Positions 8,454-18,234 of a stretch of 64,000 nucleotides of DNA are shown one piece after another. The stretch lies in the IMG/VR virus record IMGVR_UViG_2513237120_000001, positions 2,467-66,466 of that record. The stretch is one strand, 5' to 3'. Source of the stretch: a virus (taxonomy: Duplodnaviria > Caudoviricetes). The position numbers and the translations under genes were made by a program. The notes under the pieces are model-generated. The model was not told the DNA's origin. It saw only the letters and a program-made list of their open reading frames with translations, and ran no database searches. Numbering within the stretch: the stretch's first letter is position 1; the number at the start of each line of letters is the position of its first letter.

Positions 8454-8815
8454 GCATCCCCAGGACCGGTGTGGAGCTGGACATGGAGGCGACGGTCGCG
8501 TCGCTCGCGGCCCGCGTGACCGAGCTCGAGGGCGAGAACGCCGGCCTCGCGTTGGATCTCGCGCGCGCCCGCGACCGCATCACCCGGGTCACCCGTGAGC
8601 GCGACGCCCACCACCGTGCCTACACCGATGCCGACGCGCGTGCACTCCAGCTCCAGACCCAGCTCGACTCGGTCGGCGACCACCTCCGTGCCCAGCTCGC
8701 CGCCTGCCTGGCGGAGAGCCAGGACGAGCCCGGCCAGCGCCATTTGGCCGCCGCGGTCCGGCAGGTCCGCCACCTCCACGACCACTACACCACCATCACC
8801 GGGAGCACCCCATGA
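8450..8815 (+). CDS. Coiled-coil hypothetical protein
   Basis: ORF track; ATGA coupling. Confidence 0.55.
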   Translation: MSIPRTGVELDMEATVASLAARVTELEGENAGLALDLARARDRITRVTRERDAHHRAYTDADARALQLQTQLDSVGDHLRAQLAACLAESQDEPGQRHLAAAVRQVRHLHDHYTTITGSTP

Positions 8816-9222
8816 GCGACCAGCCGACCCTGTTCGACACCGCGCCCGTCGCCGAGCCCTGGTATGTGCGCCGCCCCGCCTCGGTGATGGACCGCAAGCG
8901 GGCGCTGATCTGGCGCGGCCAGCACCCCCTGTCGGGTGTCGCCTCCGCCGGGCACCTCGCCCTCCACCCCGACACCACGTTGACGTGCGGCGGCTGCCGG
9001 TTCTTCGAGCACCAGCCCGGCCAAGGGGAGGGCCCGTTCCCGGCCGCCCCGAAATGCGTTCTCGGCGCCACCCGCGACGCGGACGGCCGGGTGACCGCCG
9101 CGCCCCGCTACCTCGTCCCCGTCAAGGGCCACTCGTACCCGGCCGCGATGGAAGACCTCGACAGCGACCTGTGCGACTGGTTTCCCGCCTGCAAGTCCTA
9201 CGAGCCGCGGGAGACGGCATGA
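8812..9222 (+). CDS. Hypothetical Cys-containing protein
   Basis: TCGGCRF...PKC...CDWFPAC. Confidence 0.6.
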   Translation: MSDQPTLFDTAPVAEPWYVRRPASVMDRKRALIWRGQHPLSGVASAGHLALHPDTTLTCGGCRFFEHQPGQGEGPFPAAPKCVLGATRDADGRVTAAPRYLVPVKGHSYPAAMEDLDSDLCDWFPACKSYEPRETA

Positions 9223-9533
9223 CCTCTCGTATCGAGGCGATCGCCGCCCGTCTGGCCGCCGCCACACCCGGCCCGTGGATCTACGAGAACGGTTCGGTGA
9301 TCCACGGCTTCGACGACGCCGACACCCACTACGTGACCGACCAAGTCGGCGCTGCTGACGATGACCCGCCGATCGGGTCGTTCATGTTCCGCGCGGACGC
9401 CGAGCTCGCGGCTCACGCCCCCGATGACCTGGCCTGGCTCGTCCAGGAGCACCACCGTCTCCAGTCCAGGGTCGCCTACCTGGAGGGCTGGAAAACCCAA
9501 GCCGAGGAGGCCCGTGATGCCGATCCGACGTGA
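9219..9533 (+). CDS. Ead/Ea22-like phage protein
   Basis: IEAIAARLAAATPGPW...DAELAAHAPDDLAWLV motif pattern. Confidence 0.6.
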   Translation: MTSRIEAIAARLAAATPGPWIYENGSVIHGFDDADTHYVTDQVGAADDDPPIGSFMFRADAELAAHAPDDLAWLVQEHHRLQSRVAYLEGWKTQAEEARDADPT

Positions 9534-9987
9534 CGTTCTCGCCTATGAAGGCAGATACGACGTGGCCGATACAGGCGAGGTGCGCTCCCTGCTCAGGCGG
9601 TCGCCTCGGACATTGCGACCGGGCAAGGACGCGTGCGGATATCCCCTCGTGGTCCTCACCGATGTAGACGGCCGGCGCCGCACTCGCCGGGTGCACACCC
9701 TCGTTGCAGAGGCATTCCATGGCCCACGGCCACACGGCATGCAGGTCCGCCATCTCAACGGCGTGCCTGCCGATTGCCGCGCGGAGAACCTCGCGTGGGG
9801 AACGGCTTCCGAAAACATTCATGACCAGGTCAGCCACAGCACACATCACCACGCTGCCAAGACGCACTGCCCGGCAGGCCATGCCTATACCCCAGCGAAC
9901 ACCTACGTGAACAAGCATGGCGGCCGCGAATGCCGTCGCTGCCACGCAGACCGGGAACGAAATCGGAGGGCCGCCCGATGCCCATAA
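9517..9987 (+). CDS. NUMOD4/HNH endonuclease
   Basis: YEGRYDVADTGEVRS (NUMOD4), RVHTLVAEAFHG, VRHLNGVPADCRAENLAW, C-terminal CPAGH...CRRC. Confidence 0.85.
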   Translation: MPIRRDVLAYEGRYDVADTGEVRSLLRRSPRTLRPGKDACGYPLVVLTDVDGRRRTRRVHTLVAEAFHGPRPHGMQVRHLNGVPADCRAENLAWGTASENIHDQVSHSTHHHAAKTHCPAGHAYTPANTYVNKHGGRECRRCHADRERNRRAARCP

Positions 9988-10349
9988 AGAAGGAGAACCG
10001 CGACCGCTACCCGAAGGACTGGCCCGAGATCTCGCGCCGCATCCGGTTCGTCCGCGCCGCCGGGCACTGCGAATGCCTCGGCGAATGCGGCAGGGGCACG
10101 CACACCGGCCGCTGCCCGAACCGGCACGGCCACCCCGCCTACGGGACCGGGTCGAAGGTCGTGCTCACGGTCGCGCACCTGAACCACACGCCGGAGGACT
10201 GCCGCGACGAGAACCTCAAGGCGATGTGCCAGGGCTGTCACCTGCACTACGACAAGGACCACCATGCCGAGACCGCCAGCCACACCCGCGCGCTCGCGAT
10301 GGCCGACGGCATGACGCCGCTGTTCGAACTGGGAGGCATCGATGCCTAA
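9978..10349 (+). CDS. HNH-like Cys-rich protein
   Basis: YPKDW..IS...CEC..C...VVLTVAHLNHTPEDCRDENLKAMCQGCHLHYD. Confidence 0.75.
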   Translation: MPIKKENRDRYPKDWPEISRRIRFVRAAGHCECLGECGRGTHTGRCPNRHGHPAYGTGSKVVLTVAHLNHTPEDCRDENLKAMCQGCHLHYDKDHHAETASHTRALAMADGMTPLFELGGIDA

Positions 10350-10761
10350 GAGGATTCAGCGCCGCATGGTAAAGGACTGGCGCGCCCCGCTCGACGACCA
10401 GGGCAGGCCGCCGGTGTACGTCGGGCGCCCCTCCAGGTGGGGCAACCCGTTCCGGATCCACAACGGCCACACCAGCGTCGGCCCTATGTGGCACGTCGCG
10501 GTCAACACCTGGAAGCACATCCCCGCCGACGAATGCGTCTACGGCTACGTCACCAGCAGCAGCCCGCTCGGGCCGGAAGCGGTGGTGTCGTTGTACCAGG
10601 ACATGCTCGCTGTCCGCCGGCGGGATGAACCCGATCGGTTCTGGGAGTGGCTGGCGCCGCTGGCCGGCCGGGACCTCATGTGCTGGTGCAGCGTGGAGGA
10701 TCCGTGCCACGGAGACGTCCTGCTCGAGCTGGCGAACGGCGGTGAGGGCAATGACCGTTGA
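10342..10761 (+). CDS. DUF4326-like protein
   Basis: VYVGRPSRWGNPF...LAGRDLMCWC...CHGDVLLELAN. Confidence 0.8.
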   Translation: MPKRIQRRMVKDWRAPLDDQGRPPVYVGRPSRWGNPFRIHNGHTSVGPMWHVAVNTWKHIPADECVYGYVTSSSPLGPEAVVSLYQDMLAVRRRDEPDRFWEWLAPLAGRDLMCWCSVEDPCHGDVLLELANGGEGNDR

Positions 10762-10987
10762 GTCCTTCATCCACCAGGGCGTGGCCTTCCCCACGGTCGA
10801 GATCGAGCACTTCGCGTGCTCGTGCGACTTCCACACCGCGTTCTGCTGCATCGATATCACCGGGGCGGAGTGGACCGATGACTCCGATCACGAGTGGCGT
10901 CTCTGCGCCGTCTGCGTGGACCTGTACGAGCACTACCAGGAGGTCGGTGTCTGCTGCCCGAAGGATCCGGCGGTGCACCGTGGCTAA
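10751..10987 (+). CDS. Small Cys-rich hypothetical protein
   Basis: CSCD..AFCC...CAVC...CC. Confidence 0.5.
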   Translation: MTVESFIHQGVAFPTVEIEHFACSCDFHTAFCCIDITGAEWTDDSDHEWRLCAVCVDLYEHYQEVGVCCPKDPAVHRG

Positions 10988-11375
10988 ACGTTGGACGCTT
11001 CTCATCCCCGCACCCACCACCTGGTTGAACGCGAACCAGCGACACAACCACTGGTCCGCGCGGTCAGGGCCGACGAAGCTGTGGCGCGAAGCCGCCGAGA
11101 TCCGCGCCCGCGCCGCCGGCATCCCGGCCATGAAGCGCGCGACGATCACCGCGATCGTCCACCGCGCCGACCTTCGGAAAGACTGCGACGCCCACAACCG
11201 GTACCCGACCGTGAAAGCCGCGATCGACGGCATCGTCGACGCCGGCGTTCTCGAAGACGACTGCGACCGGTTCCTGGTGTCGCTGACCATCCGCGCCGGC
11301 GACCGGGTCGACAAGAAGAAGCACCCGCTCGGGATGTTGGGGCTGCTCGTCACCGACCTCGGGGAGGAGCAATGA
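10980..11375 (+). CDS. RusA-like Holliday junction resolvase
   Basis: WLNANQR.HW...DAHNRYPTVKAAIDGIVDAGVLEDD. Confidence 0.7.
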   Translation: MAKRWTLLIPAPTTWLNANQRHNHWSARSGPTKLWREAAEIRARAAGIPAMKRATITAIVHRADLRKDCDAHNRYPTVKAAIDGIVDAGVLEDDCDRFLVSLTIRAGDRVDKKKHPLGMLGLLVTDLGEEQ

Positions 11376-11482
11376 GGCTAGGACTTGTCATAAGTTGTCA
11401 TAACCAAGAGACCGCTTTCCCATTGCGGCCCAACCAGACCGGGCGCAACTTTGGCCGGATGGACACGAACGAAAACGCGAGG

Positions 11483-11662
11483 CTAGGACTCGCGAGGGGG
11501 CCGCTCAGGGAGGATCGCGCCGCGCTCGCGGTTGTACCAGTCGACGAGCTGGCGGATGACCGTGGACCGGTCGGTGCCAGCGGCGTCGGCGTTCTCACCG
11601 AGCCGGTCCCACGATTCCTGGCTGATGCGGACGGTCTGCTGCGGCAGCGGTACACGGGGCAT
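11483..11662 (-). CDS. Ribbon-helix-helix (CopG/Arc-like) protein, antisense to the early operon (not in ORF track)
   Basis: MPRVPLPQQTVRISQESWDRLGENADAAGTDRSTVIRQLVDWYNRERGAILPERP; RBS AGGAGAG. Confidence 0.7.
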   Translation of the reverse strand: MPRVPLPQQTVRISQESWDRLGENADAAGTDRSTVIRQLVDWYNRERGAILPERPPRES

Positions 11663-11678
11663 GGTCGTCTCTCCTCAT

Positions 11679-11771
11679 GTCATGACGCCACCCAGCGTAC
11701 CGCATCCCGATACCGTCTGCCTGATCGTCGATATTTCTGTCATGACAATCGTCATGACGGAGTGATAGGAT
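11679..11771 (+). promoter_or_regulatory. Divergent control region with three GTCATGAC palindromes and a rightward promoter
   Basis: GTCATGAC at 11679, 11739, 11751; ATGACA(11742)-18 nt-TAGGAT(11766). Confidence 0.55.
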
Positions 11772-11808
11772 TCCTACATCCCCAGGACACCCAGACGGAG
11801 GCGTCGCA

Positions 11809-12402
11809 ATGATCAAGCCGATCCCCACCACCTACCGAGGGACCACATTCGCGTCCACACTCGAGGCCGACTGGGCATGCACGTTCGACCTGCTCGGCTG
11901 GGAATGGGAGCACGAACCCCACGGCATCCTCGTCGAGGACAACACCCGCTACCGGCCCGACTTCTACCTCCCCACCCAGCGCGTCTGGGCCGAAGTCAAG
12001 GGCCCTCACAACCAGCGCATCGACAAACCCTCCAAGCTCCAGGCCGCGCTCAGCCGCGACTCGTTCGACTGGAACGCCGACCTCGTCGTCATCCTGCGCC
12101 CGTCCCGATCCGGCAAGGGCGAAGGCGAACGCTCGTGGTGGGAGAACGCCATCAACGGCCAGGACATCGTCATCGTCCTGTGCCCCGAGTGCGGCCACCA
12201 CGGCTTCATGGACCTCGCGGGCACCTGGTCATGCCGCAGGCACATGCGCGAGCAGCCTGAGCCGAACAAGTTCTGGACCGACCCCAACGGCGACTTGTTC
12301 CGGCCCGGGGAGCTGCCGTTCCAGCGGGCGCCGCGGCCCCGCAGGGGACCACAGCGGCTCGGCGACTTCTTCAACGACTTCGACCCGAAGGGGAGGCAGT
12401 AG
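11809..12402 (+). CDS. PD-(D/E)XK nuclease-like protein
   Basis: FASTLEADWA...YRPDFYLP...WAEVKG plus CPECGH. Confidence 0.65.
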   Translation: MIKPIPTTYRGTTFASTLEADWACTFDLLGWEWEHEPHGILVEDNTRYRPDFYLPTQRVWAEVKGPHNQRIDKPSKLQAALSRDSFDWNADLVVILRPSRSGKGEGERSWWENAINGQDIVIVLCPECGHHGFMDLAGTWSCRRHMREQPEPNKFWTDPNGDLFRPGELPFQRAPRPRRGPQRLGDFFNDFDPKGRQ

Positions 12403-13367
12403 TGGCGCGTACCGAAGCACGGCTCCGCACCAGGTTGTGGGGCGACCGGGATTTCCTGGCGTTGTCGTTCAAAGGCAAGGGCGGCTACGAGTCGATCCTG
12501 TGCCAGCCCGACGTCGAGTACACCGGCGTCCTGCCGCTCCGAGCCCGGCGGCTGGCCGGGTTGTTCGGCCTCGACCTCGAGGACTTCATCGAGATGCTCG
12601 AGGAGCTCGAGGACGCCCGGTTCGTCCTCATCGACTGGGACACCGAAGAGCTCCTCATCCGGACGTTCATCCGTAACGACGAGGTGTACCGGCAGCCGAA
12701 CGTGATGAAGTCGGCGCAGCAGGCCCTCGACTCGGTGTCGTCGCTGCGGCTCCGCGCGGAGATCCTGACCGAACTGCACCGGATCGAGGACGAGCATGGC
12801 GATTCGATCCCGAAGGGTTCGCATGAGCCTCTGCGGGAGATGATCGCCGACCTTGAGAAGGACCCGCCTATCCACTCCCCGGTCACTGACATCTCAACCA
12901 AACGACCCAAGGCCGAACCCAAGCAGGAAGCCCTAACCGAACCCAACCGGGAACCCTTCGGGGAACCCTTCCCGGAAGGGGGTTCAGACGACTCGCTCGA
13001 GGGGTCCGGGGAGGGGGTAGGGGTAAGGGGAGTTAGTTCAAGGTCCGTTGTTTCTAACTCTCGGTCGGCCAAAGCCGACCGCACGAAAGACGACCCCGAA
13101 TTCGCCCGCTGGTATGAGCGATACCCGCGGAAGGTCAAACCCGCTGCGGCGCGCACCGCGTGGAAGTCCGCTGTCAAGAAGACCGACGTCGCAACGCTCT
13201 TCGACGCGCTCGAGGCGTACATCGCGTACTGGGAACGCGAACGGACCGACACGAAGTTCATCCCGCACCCGTCCAGTTGGCTCAACGCCGAGTCCTGGGG
13301 CGACGACATCGCGACCAGGAAGACCGCCACGACCTTCGAAGGGGCGGCGAGCAGCATATGGGACTGA
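12402..13367 (+). CDS. Phage replication initiator (replisome organiser type)
   Basis: N-terminal wHTH-like region, Pro/Glu linker, C-terminal FARWYERYPRKV...KFIPHPSSWLN. Confidence 0.75.
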   Translation: MARTEARLRTRLWGDRDFLALSFKGKGGYESILCQPDVEYTGVLPLRARRLAGLFGLDLEDFIEMLEELEDARFVLIDWDTEELLIRTFIRNDEVYRQPNVMKSAQQALDSVSSLRLRAEILTELHRIEDEHGDSIPKGSHEPLREMIADLEKDPPIHSPVTDISTKRPKAEPKQEALTEPNREPFGEPFPEGGSDDSLEGSGEGVGVRGVSSRSVVSNSRSAKADRTKDDPEFARWYERYPRKVKPAAARTAWKSAVKKTDVATLFDALEAYIAYWERERTDTKFIPHPSSWLNAESWGDDIATRKTATTFEGAASSIWD

Positions 13368-14983
13368 ACGATGCGCTGCGTGAGCTCGTGCTCCCGAAGC
13401 TCGACCGCGTCCAGAAGACTGCTGATGGATTCATGGCTCGCTGCCCCGCGCACGAGGACCGCAACCCGTCCCTGTCGTTGGGGTACGGCACGAAGCACCC
13501 GGTGATCTTCAAGTGCCACGCCGGATGCGACGCCGAGGACATCCTCAAGGCGCTCGGCCTGACGTGGGAGGAGCTCTCCGCGCCACGCGAAGAACGCAAG
13601 GGTGCCTACCGCGGCAAGTCGACGATGATCGCCACCTACGACTACGTCGACGAGGACGGGAAGCTCCTGTACCAGGTGTGCCGGTTCGAACCGAAGAAGT
13701 TCTTGCAGCGGCGACCGCTCCCCGGCGGCGATTGGGAGTTCAAACTCGGCAACACCCGCCGGGTCCTGTATCGGCTCCCCGCGGTCATCGAAGCGGTCAA
13801 AGCTGGCCGGCAGGTGTGGGTCGTCGAGGGCGAGAAGGACGTTCACGCCGTCGAAGAGCGGCTCGGGCTCCCTGCCACGTGCAACTCCGGCGGGGCCGGC
13901 ATGGGCTGGCCCGACTCAGCCTTCGAGATGTTCCGGGATGCCTCGGTGGCGATCTGGTCCGATGCGGACAAGGAGGGCCGGGCGCACGCCCGCAAGGTCA
14001 TGGCATCGCTGGCGGCCGTCGGCGCCGAGGTCACCGTCTACGAGTCCCCGACCCACAAGGACGCCGCCGACCACCTCGGCGCCGGGTTCGGCCTCGAGGA
14101 ACTGGTGGAGACCCGCGCGACCACCGAGGAGCCCACCCCGGTGCTGGCCCCGGATCTGTGGGAGTTCATCGCCGCCGGCGACGACGCCTATGACTGGCTC
14201 GTCCCCGATGTGCTGGAGCGCGGCGACCGGCTGATGATCACCGGCGCCGAAGGGCTCGGGAAGTCGGTGTGGTGCCGGCAGTTGTGCGTCCAGCTCGCCG
14301 CGGGGATCCACCCGTTCCAGCCCGGCACGGTCGACCCGGTGAAGGTCCTCGTCGTCGACTGCGAGAACTCCATGCGGCAGAACCGCCGCCACTACGGCAC
14401 CCTCGCCGGGCTGTCGGTGTCGAAGGGCCGCCGTGTCCCTGATGGTGGGCTGCGGCTGATCCACCGCCCCGAGGGCATCGACCTCACGAAGGGCGACGAC
14501 GCCGAATGGCTCCTCGAACGAGTCCGCGCGCACCGGCCGGACGTGCTGTACATCGGCCCGTTCTACCGGCTGCACGCCTCGGACATCAACGACGAGTCCG
14601 CGGCCCGCAAGACCGTCTCTGTTCTCGACGCTGCCCGTGTCGCCGGCGACGGGTGCGTGCTGCTGATGGAGGCGCACGCCGGGCACGGCCAGCACGGCTC
14701 CCAGCGGGCACTGCGCCCGGTCGGATCCAGCCTGCTGCTGCGGTGGCCGGAGTTCGGGTTCGGGTTGCGACGCGCGAAGGAGTGCCTGCCGAACGAGCAG
14801 CGCCCACGGCTGGTGGATCTCGAGGCGTGGCGCGGCGCCCGCGATGAACGCGATTGGCCGTCGTCGTTCCGGCACGGCAAGACCGGCGAATGGCCGTGGA
14901 TGCCCGAGGCGGCCGTGAAGCCTGAGTGGTCGTCCGCGTCGCAGTGGTCGGCCGAGTCCCTGTCCGAGCGGGGGGTGGCGTGA
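13358..14983 (+). CDS. Primase-helicase (Zn finger + TOPRIM + AAA_25/RepA-type helicase)
   Basis: CPAHEDRNPSL; VWVVEGEKDV; WSDADKEG; Walker A GAEGLGKS; LLRWPEFG. Confidence 0.85.
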   Translation: MGLNDALRELVLPKLDRVQKTADGFMARCPAHEDRNPSLSLGYGTKHPVIFKCHAGCDAEDILKALGLTWEELSAPREERKGAYRGKSTMIATYDYVDEDGKLLYQVCRFEPKKFLQRRPLPGGDWEFKLGNTRRVLYRLPAVIEAVKAGRQVWVVEGEKDVHAVEERLGLPATCNSGGAGMGWPDSAFEMFRDASVAIWSDADKEGRAHARKVMASLAAVGAEVTVYESPTHKDAADHLGAGFGLEELVETRATTEEPTPVLAPDLWEFIAAGDDAYDWLVPDVLERGDRLMITGAEGLGKSVWCRQLCVQLAAGIHPFQPGTVDPVKVLVVDCENSMRQNRRHYGTLAGLSVSKGRRVPDGGLRLIHRPEGIDLTKGDDAEWLLERVRAHRPDVLYIGPFYRLHASDINDESAARKTVSVLDAARVAGDGCVLLMEAHAGHGQHGSQRALRPVGSSLLLRWPEFGFGLRRAKECLPNEQRPRLVDLEAWRGARDERDWPSSFRHGKTGEWPWMPEAAVKPEWSSASQWSAESLSERGVA

Positions 14984-15046
14984 TTCCTCTGTCTCCTGCT
15001 TGTCCCCTGTCCGACCCGAAGTAACCCAACCCGAAAGGACCCCGAA

Positions 15047-15265
15047 ATGGAATCCCTGGCCAAGTTCTTCATCGCTCTCGGCATCTTCGTCGCTTCGATC
15101 CCGCTGGTGGCGTGGCTGTTCATGCTCGGCGTCGGCGTGATCCACCACGAGTGGCTGCCGATGATGCCGACGATCGGCTACAAGTCCTCGCTGATCGTGT
15201 GCGCGATCGCGATGCCGCTGCTGCGCCTGTCGGTGCTGCCCGGCAGCAGTTCGAAGGACGACTGA
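15047..15265 (+). CDS. Small two-TM membrane protein
   Basis: Hydrophobic throughout; RBS GAAAGGAC. Confidence 0.65.
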   Translation: MESLAKFFIALGIFVASIPLVAWLFMLGVGVIHHEWLPMMPTIGYKSSLIVCAIAMPLLRLSVLPGSSSKDD

Positions 15266-15328
15266 CCAGACGGGCGGCGCCCGAGCTGGGTGCCGCCCCC
15301 TGTCCGACACCAACCCCGAGGAGAACTG

Positions 15329-15547
15329 ATGGACGACTACGACTTCGACGAACCGTTCGGCCCGGTCTACGCCGCGCCCCGCGGCGCCGACTGCCCCGAC
15401 TGCAAGTGCTGCACGAAGGCCCTGTGCGACAAGGCCCGGTCGACGCCGTTCCTGTCCTGCCAGCAGCTTTCGAACGCTCCGAGCCTGGTCAAGGACTGCC
15501 CTTGCCCGGTCAAGCCCACCACAATCACCGAAAGGACCGAACGATGA
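15329..15547 (+). CDS. Small Cys-rich protein
   Basis: DCPDCKCCTKALC...C...CPC; RBS GAGGAG. Confidence 0.55.
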   Translation: MDDYDFDEPFGPVYAAPRGADCPDCKCCTKALCDKARSTPFLSCQQLSNAPSLVKDCPCPVKPTTITERTER

Positions 15548-15750
15548 ACTACCGATACAGCACCGAGGACATCCATTCGATCGTCGATGGCGCCGATGGC
15601 AACTACGACGACGGCCTGGACGCGTACGTGTCCGTCCGACCCGTGGAGGGTGCCTCGATCATTGAGTTGACCTCGACCGAGGAAGACAAGGCCGATCGCG
15701 TGACCGAGCGGTTCCGCGTCACCGTGGAGCGGATCGAGGGCGACCAGTGA
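15544..15750 (+). CDS. Small acidic hypothetical protein
   Basis: ATGA coupling; RBS GAAAGGA. Confidence 0.55.
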   Translation: MNYRYSTEDIHSIVDGADGNYDDGLDAYVSVRPVEGASIIELTSTEEDKADRVTERFRVTVERIEGDQ

Positions 15751-16175
15751 GCACCCTCCCCGATGGCTACTACGCCGTCCCTGACCCTGACGACCCGGAC
15801 ACCATGACCCGCTGGCGGGTCGACAGCGGTGGGATGCACCCGCACCCGGCGAAGACCTGGTACGGCCCCGCGAGGCCGCTCCGGAAAGACGCGCCCGGCA
15901 AGCCCGGCACCGACGAATACATCGCGTGGATGCGGGACTACTTCGACGAGTGGGGATCCTGGGCGCGGCGCGTCAAGGAAGCGATCGAGGCGAACCCGCT
16001 GATCGCCCGGTTCCACTTCACCGAGTCGACCGGGCACTGCCACAACTGCGGACGCGTTCTCACTGATGGGACGTCGCGGACGCTCGGGATCGGCCCTGAC
16101 TGCCGCGAACGCATCCCTCACGACCTGTTCTCGGCGTACCTGGCTGAGGTCAAGCGCGCCCGGGAGGTCCGATGA
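15747..16175 (+). CDS. DUF6011-like Zn-ribbon protein
   Basis: CHNCGRVLTDGTSRTLGIGPDC. Confidence 0.65.
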   Translation: MSTLPDGYYAVPDPDDPDTMTRWRVDSGGMHPHPAKTWYGPARPLRKDAPGKPGTDEYIAWMRDYFDEWGSWARRVKEAIEANPLIARFHFTESTGHCHNCGRVLTDGTSRTLGIGPDCRERIPHDLFSAYLAEVKRAREVR

Positions 16176-16735
16176 GCGCCGAAACCCAGAAGCTGACCGG
16201 CGACGAGTACATGCAACTGCTGGAGCAGCGCCGTTCCGAGTGGGAGGCTGCGCACCCGGCCCGCGAGGCCGCTGAGGCGGAGATCGCGCGGATCAAGCGG
16301 GAGTTCCCGGGAGCCAACCCGACACTCAAGCCCGGGTGGGAGCCGCCGCGTCCCCTGCTGGAGTGGTTCATCCGGCCGGGTGACGAGGACCTGGTGGACC
16401 TGCCCGAGAAGCAGACCGCGCCGAAGCGGGCCCCGAAACCCCGCGTGTACCGGTCGGCGGCGTCGTTGATCGCCGAACGTGACGAGCTGGTGGAGCGTCG
16501 GGACGCGATCGTCGCCGACGATGGCGGGGACATGGCCGCCGTGAACCTGTCGCCGCACTCGCGGTCCCGTGCCGCTCGGAACGCGGGCCGCCGCCGGTTC
16601 GCGCAACTGGACCGCGACCTGGAGCGCGTGGCGAAGCTGAACCGCCGCATTCAGGCCCTGAACTTCCGTATCACCACTGCCCAAGCGCGCGAGAAGCGTG
16701 CCGCCAAAACCACTACCCGAGAGGACCAGAAATGA
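16172..16735 (+). CDS. Hypothetical protein
   Basis: ORF track; coupled overlaps. Confidence 0.55.
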   Translation: MSAETQKLTGDEYMQLLEQRRSEWEAAHPAREAAEAEIARIKREFPGANPTLKPGWEPPRPLLEWFIRPGDEDLVDLPEKQTAPKRAPKPRVYRSAASLIAERDELVERRDAIVADDGGDMAAVNLSPHSRSRAARNAGRRRFAQLDRDLERVAKLNRRIQALNFRITTAQAREKRAAKTTTREDQK

Positions 16736-17046
16736 CCGACCAGGCCACCACCCGGCCAGACCGGCGCATCGCCGAGCTGGAGGCCATCAACGACCAGCTG
16801 CGCTGGAACCTGCGCGACGCCGAAAAGGGCCACACGGCGCTGTGGGGCCTGATCGACGCCGCCCGCCGGGCGCTCATCGATAACGCCCGGTCGTACCCGC
16901 CGAGCAGCGAAGGGCATGGGGCGGCGCGGGCGGCGCTGTTCGATTTCCTGCACGCGGTCGAGGACAAGCACTACGGCGCGGCTCGGCGCCGCTCGATCAA
17001 TGCGGCGTGGGCGTACGTCGACCGGCTGATCGGGGGTGTCCGGTGA
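16732..17046 (+). CDS. Hypothetical protein
   Basis: ORF track; coupled overlaps. Confidence 0.55.
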   Translation: MTDQATTRPDRRIAELEAINDQLRWNLRDAEKGHTALWGLIDAARRALIDNARSYPPSSEGHGAARAALFDFLHAVEDKHYGAARRRSINAAWAYVDRLIGGVR

Positions 17047-17888
17047 CCGCTGAACCGATGACCACCGAAGACCTGGACCGTCTCCGGCACAACGCCGAGA
17101 AGTACCAGACCTCCCGAACGCCGAGTGACCTGCTGTGGCTGTCGATTGCTGGTGACTTCGCTGCCCTTGTGGCCGAGGTCGACCGGCTCCGCGCCCGCAA
17201 CGCCGACCTGTTCCGCCGTCTCGGTGGGCACATGGACGACCTGGGCGACATGACGACCGAGCGGGACCGGCTCCGTGCCGACCTGGCCGAGTCCGATGAG
17301 CTGCTGGCGTCCGCTGAACGCGACCGGGAGCAGTACCGGATCGAGCGGGACGCCCTGGCCGCGAAGCTCACCGCCTTCCGTGCGCTCCCGCCCGAGCCGC
17401 GATGCGATCACGAGGGCGACTGCTCGGTTTGGTCGCACGGCTGGGACTCCGGCCGGAACGCGACCCTGCGGGAGGTCGGGCGTGTCCTCGACGGACAGCT
17501 GCCGCTCCGGGACTACTCGGAGACGCCCCGTCCGCCCGTCCAGGAGCGCGTCTCCGGCCCGGAAGCCCCGGAAGGGTCCACCGATAGGGGTACACCCGTT
17601 CCAGAATCTCTCAGAAGCAATCAGGTGTCCGATAGCCACTGGCTGAAGTTCAACGCCGACTGTCAGGTCACCGGCTGCCAGTGCGGGTTCCGCGCGGACC
17701 TCGACTCCGATTGCGAATTCGGCGACTCGGTCGTGGCGCACCTCCTCGACGTCGGGCATATCGCACAGGCCGACGCATTGAAGGCCGCCATCCGCAAAGA
17801 ACACCAAGAGCCTGAGTGGGTGGCGTACGAGAAGCCCTGCGACGACTGCAAGACCGCCGACCAGGAAGGACACGCCGATGAACGCTGA
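17043..17888 (+). CDS. Mosaic coiled-coil hypothetical protein
   Basis: GTGA coupling; coiled coil then Cys clusters. Confidence 0.5.
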   Translation: MTAEPMTTEDLDRLRHNAEKYQTSRTPSDLLWLSIAGDFAALVAEVDRLRARNADLFRRLGGHMDDLGDMTTERDRLRADLAESDELLASAERDREQYRIERDALAAKLTAFRALPPEPRCDHEGDCSVWSHGWDSGRNATLREVGRVLDGQLPLRDYSETPRPPVQERVSGPEAPEGSTDRGTPVPESLRSNQVSDSHWLKFNADCQVTGCQCGFRADLDSDCEFGDSVVAHLLDVGHIAQADALKAAIRKEHQEPEWVAYEKPCDDCKTADQEGHADER

Positions 17889-18234
17889 GCTGACCACCGA
17901 GGAACAGGCCGAACTGGAACGCATCGTCGCCAGCCTCCACGAACACGGCTACGTCGACCTCGACGAGTTCGTCTACCCGAAGTCGGGACTCAAGCTCCGC
18001 GTGGGAACCCGCATCAAGCACCGCAACGAGGAGTACTGGAAAGCGATCCGTCACGGCACCGCCAACGTCGTCGCGCTCACCGAGAAGCCGGACTCGCCGT
18101 GGTCGAAGACGTACCGCATGCGCGATATCGAGCTGGTCATGTTCCGGCAGGAGCGGGAGATCGGGTCGCGGTTGTCGCAGGTCGCTCAGTACCACATCGA
18201 TGTGATCGAGGAGGGCCGGGCTGATGAGCGCTGA
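17878..18234 (+). CDS. Hypothetical protein
   Basis: ORF track; operon context. Confidence 0.55.
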   Translation: MNAELTTEEQAELERIVASLHEHGYVDLDEFVYPKSGLKLRVGTRIKHRNEEYWKAIRHGTANVVALTEKPDSPWSKTYRMRDIELVMFRQEREIGSRLSQVAQYHIDVIEEGRADER

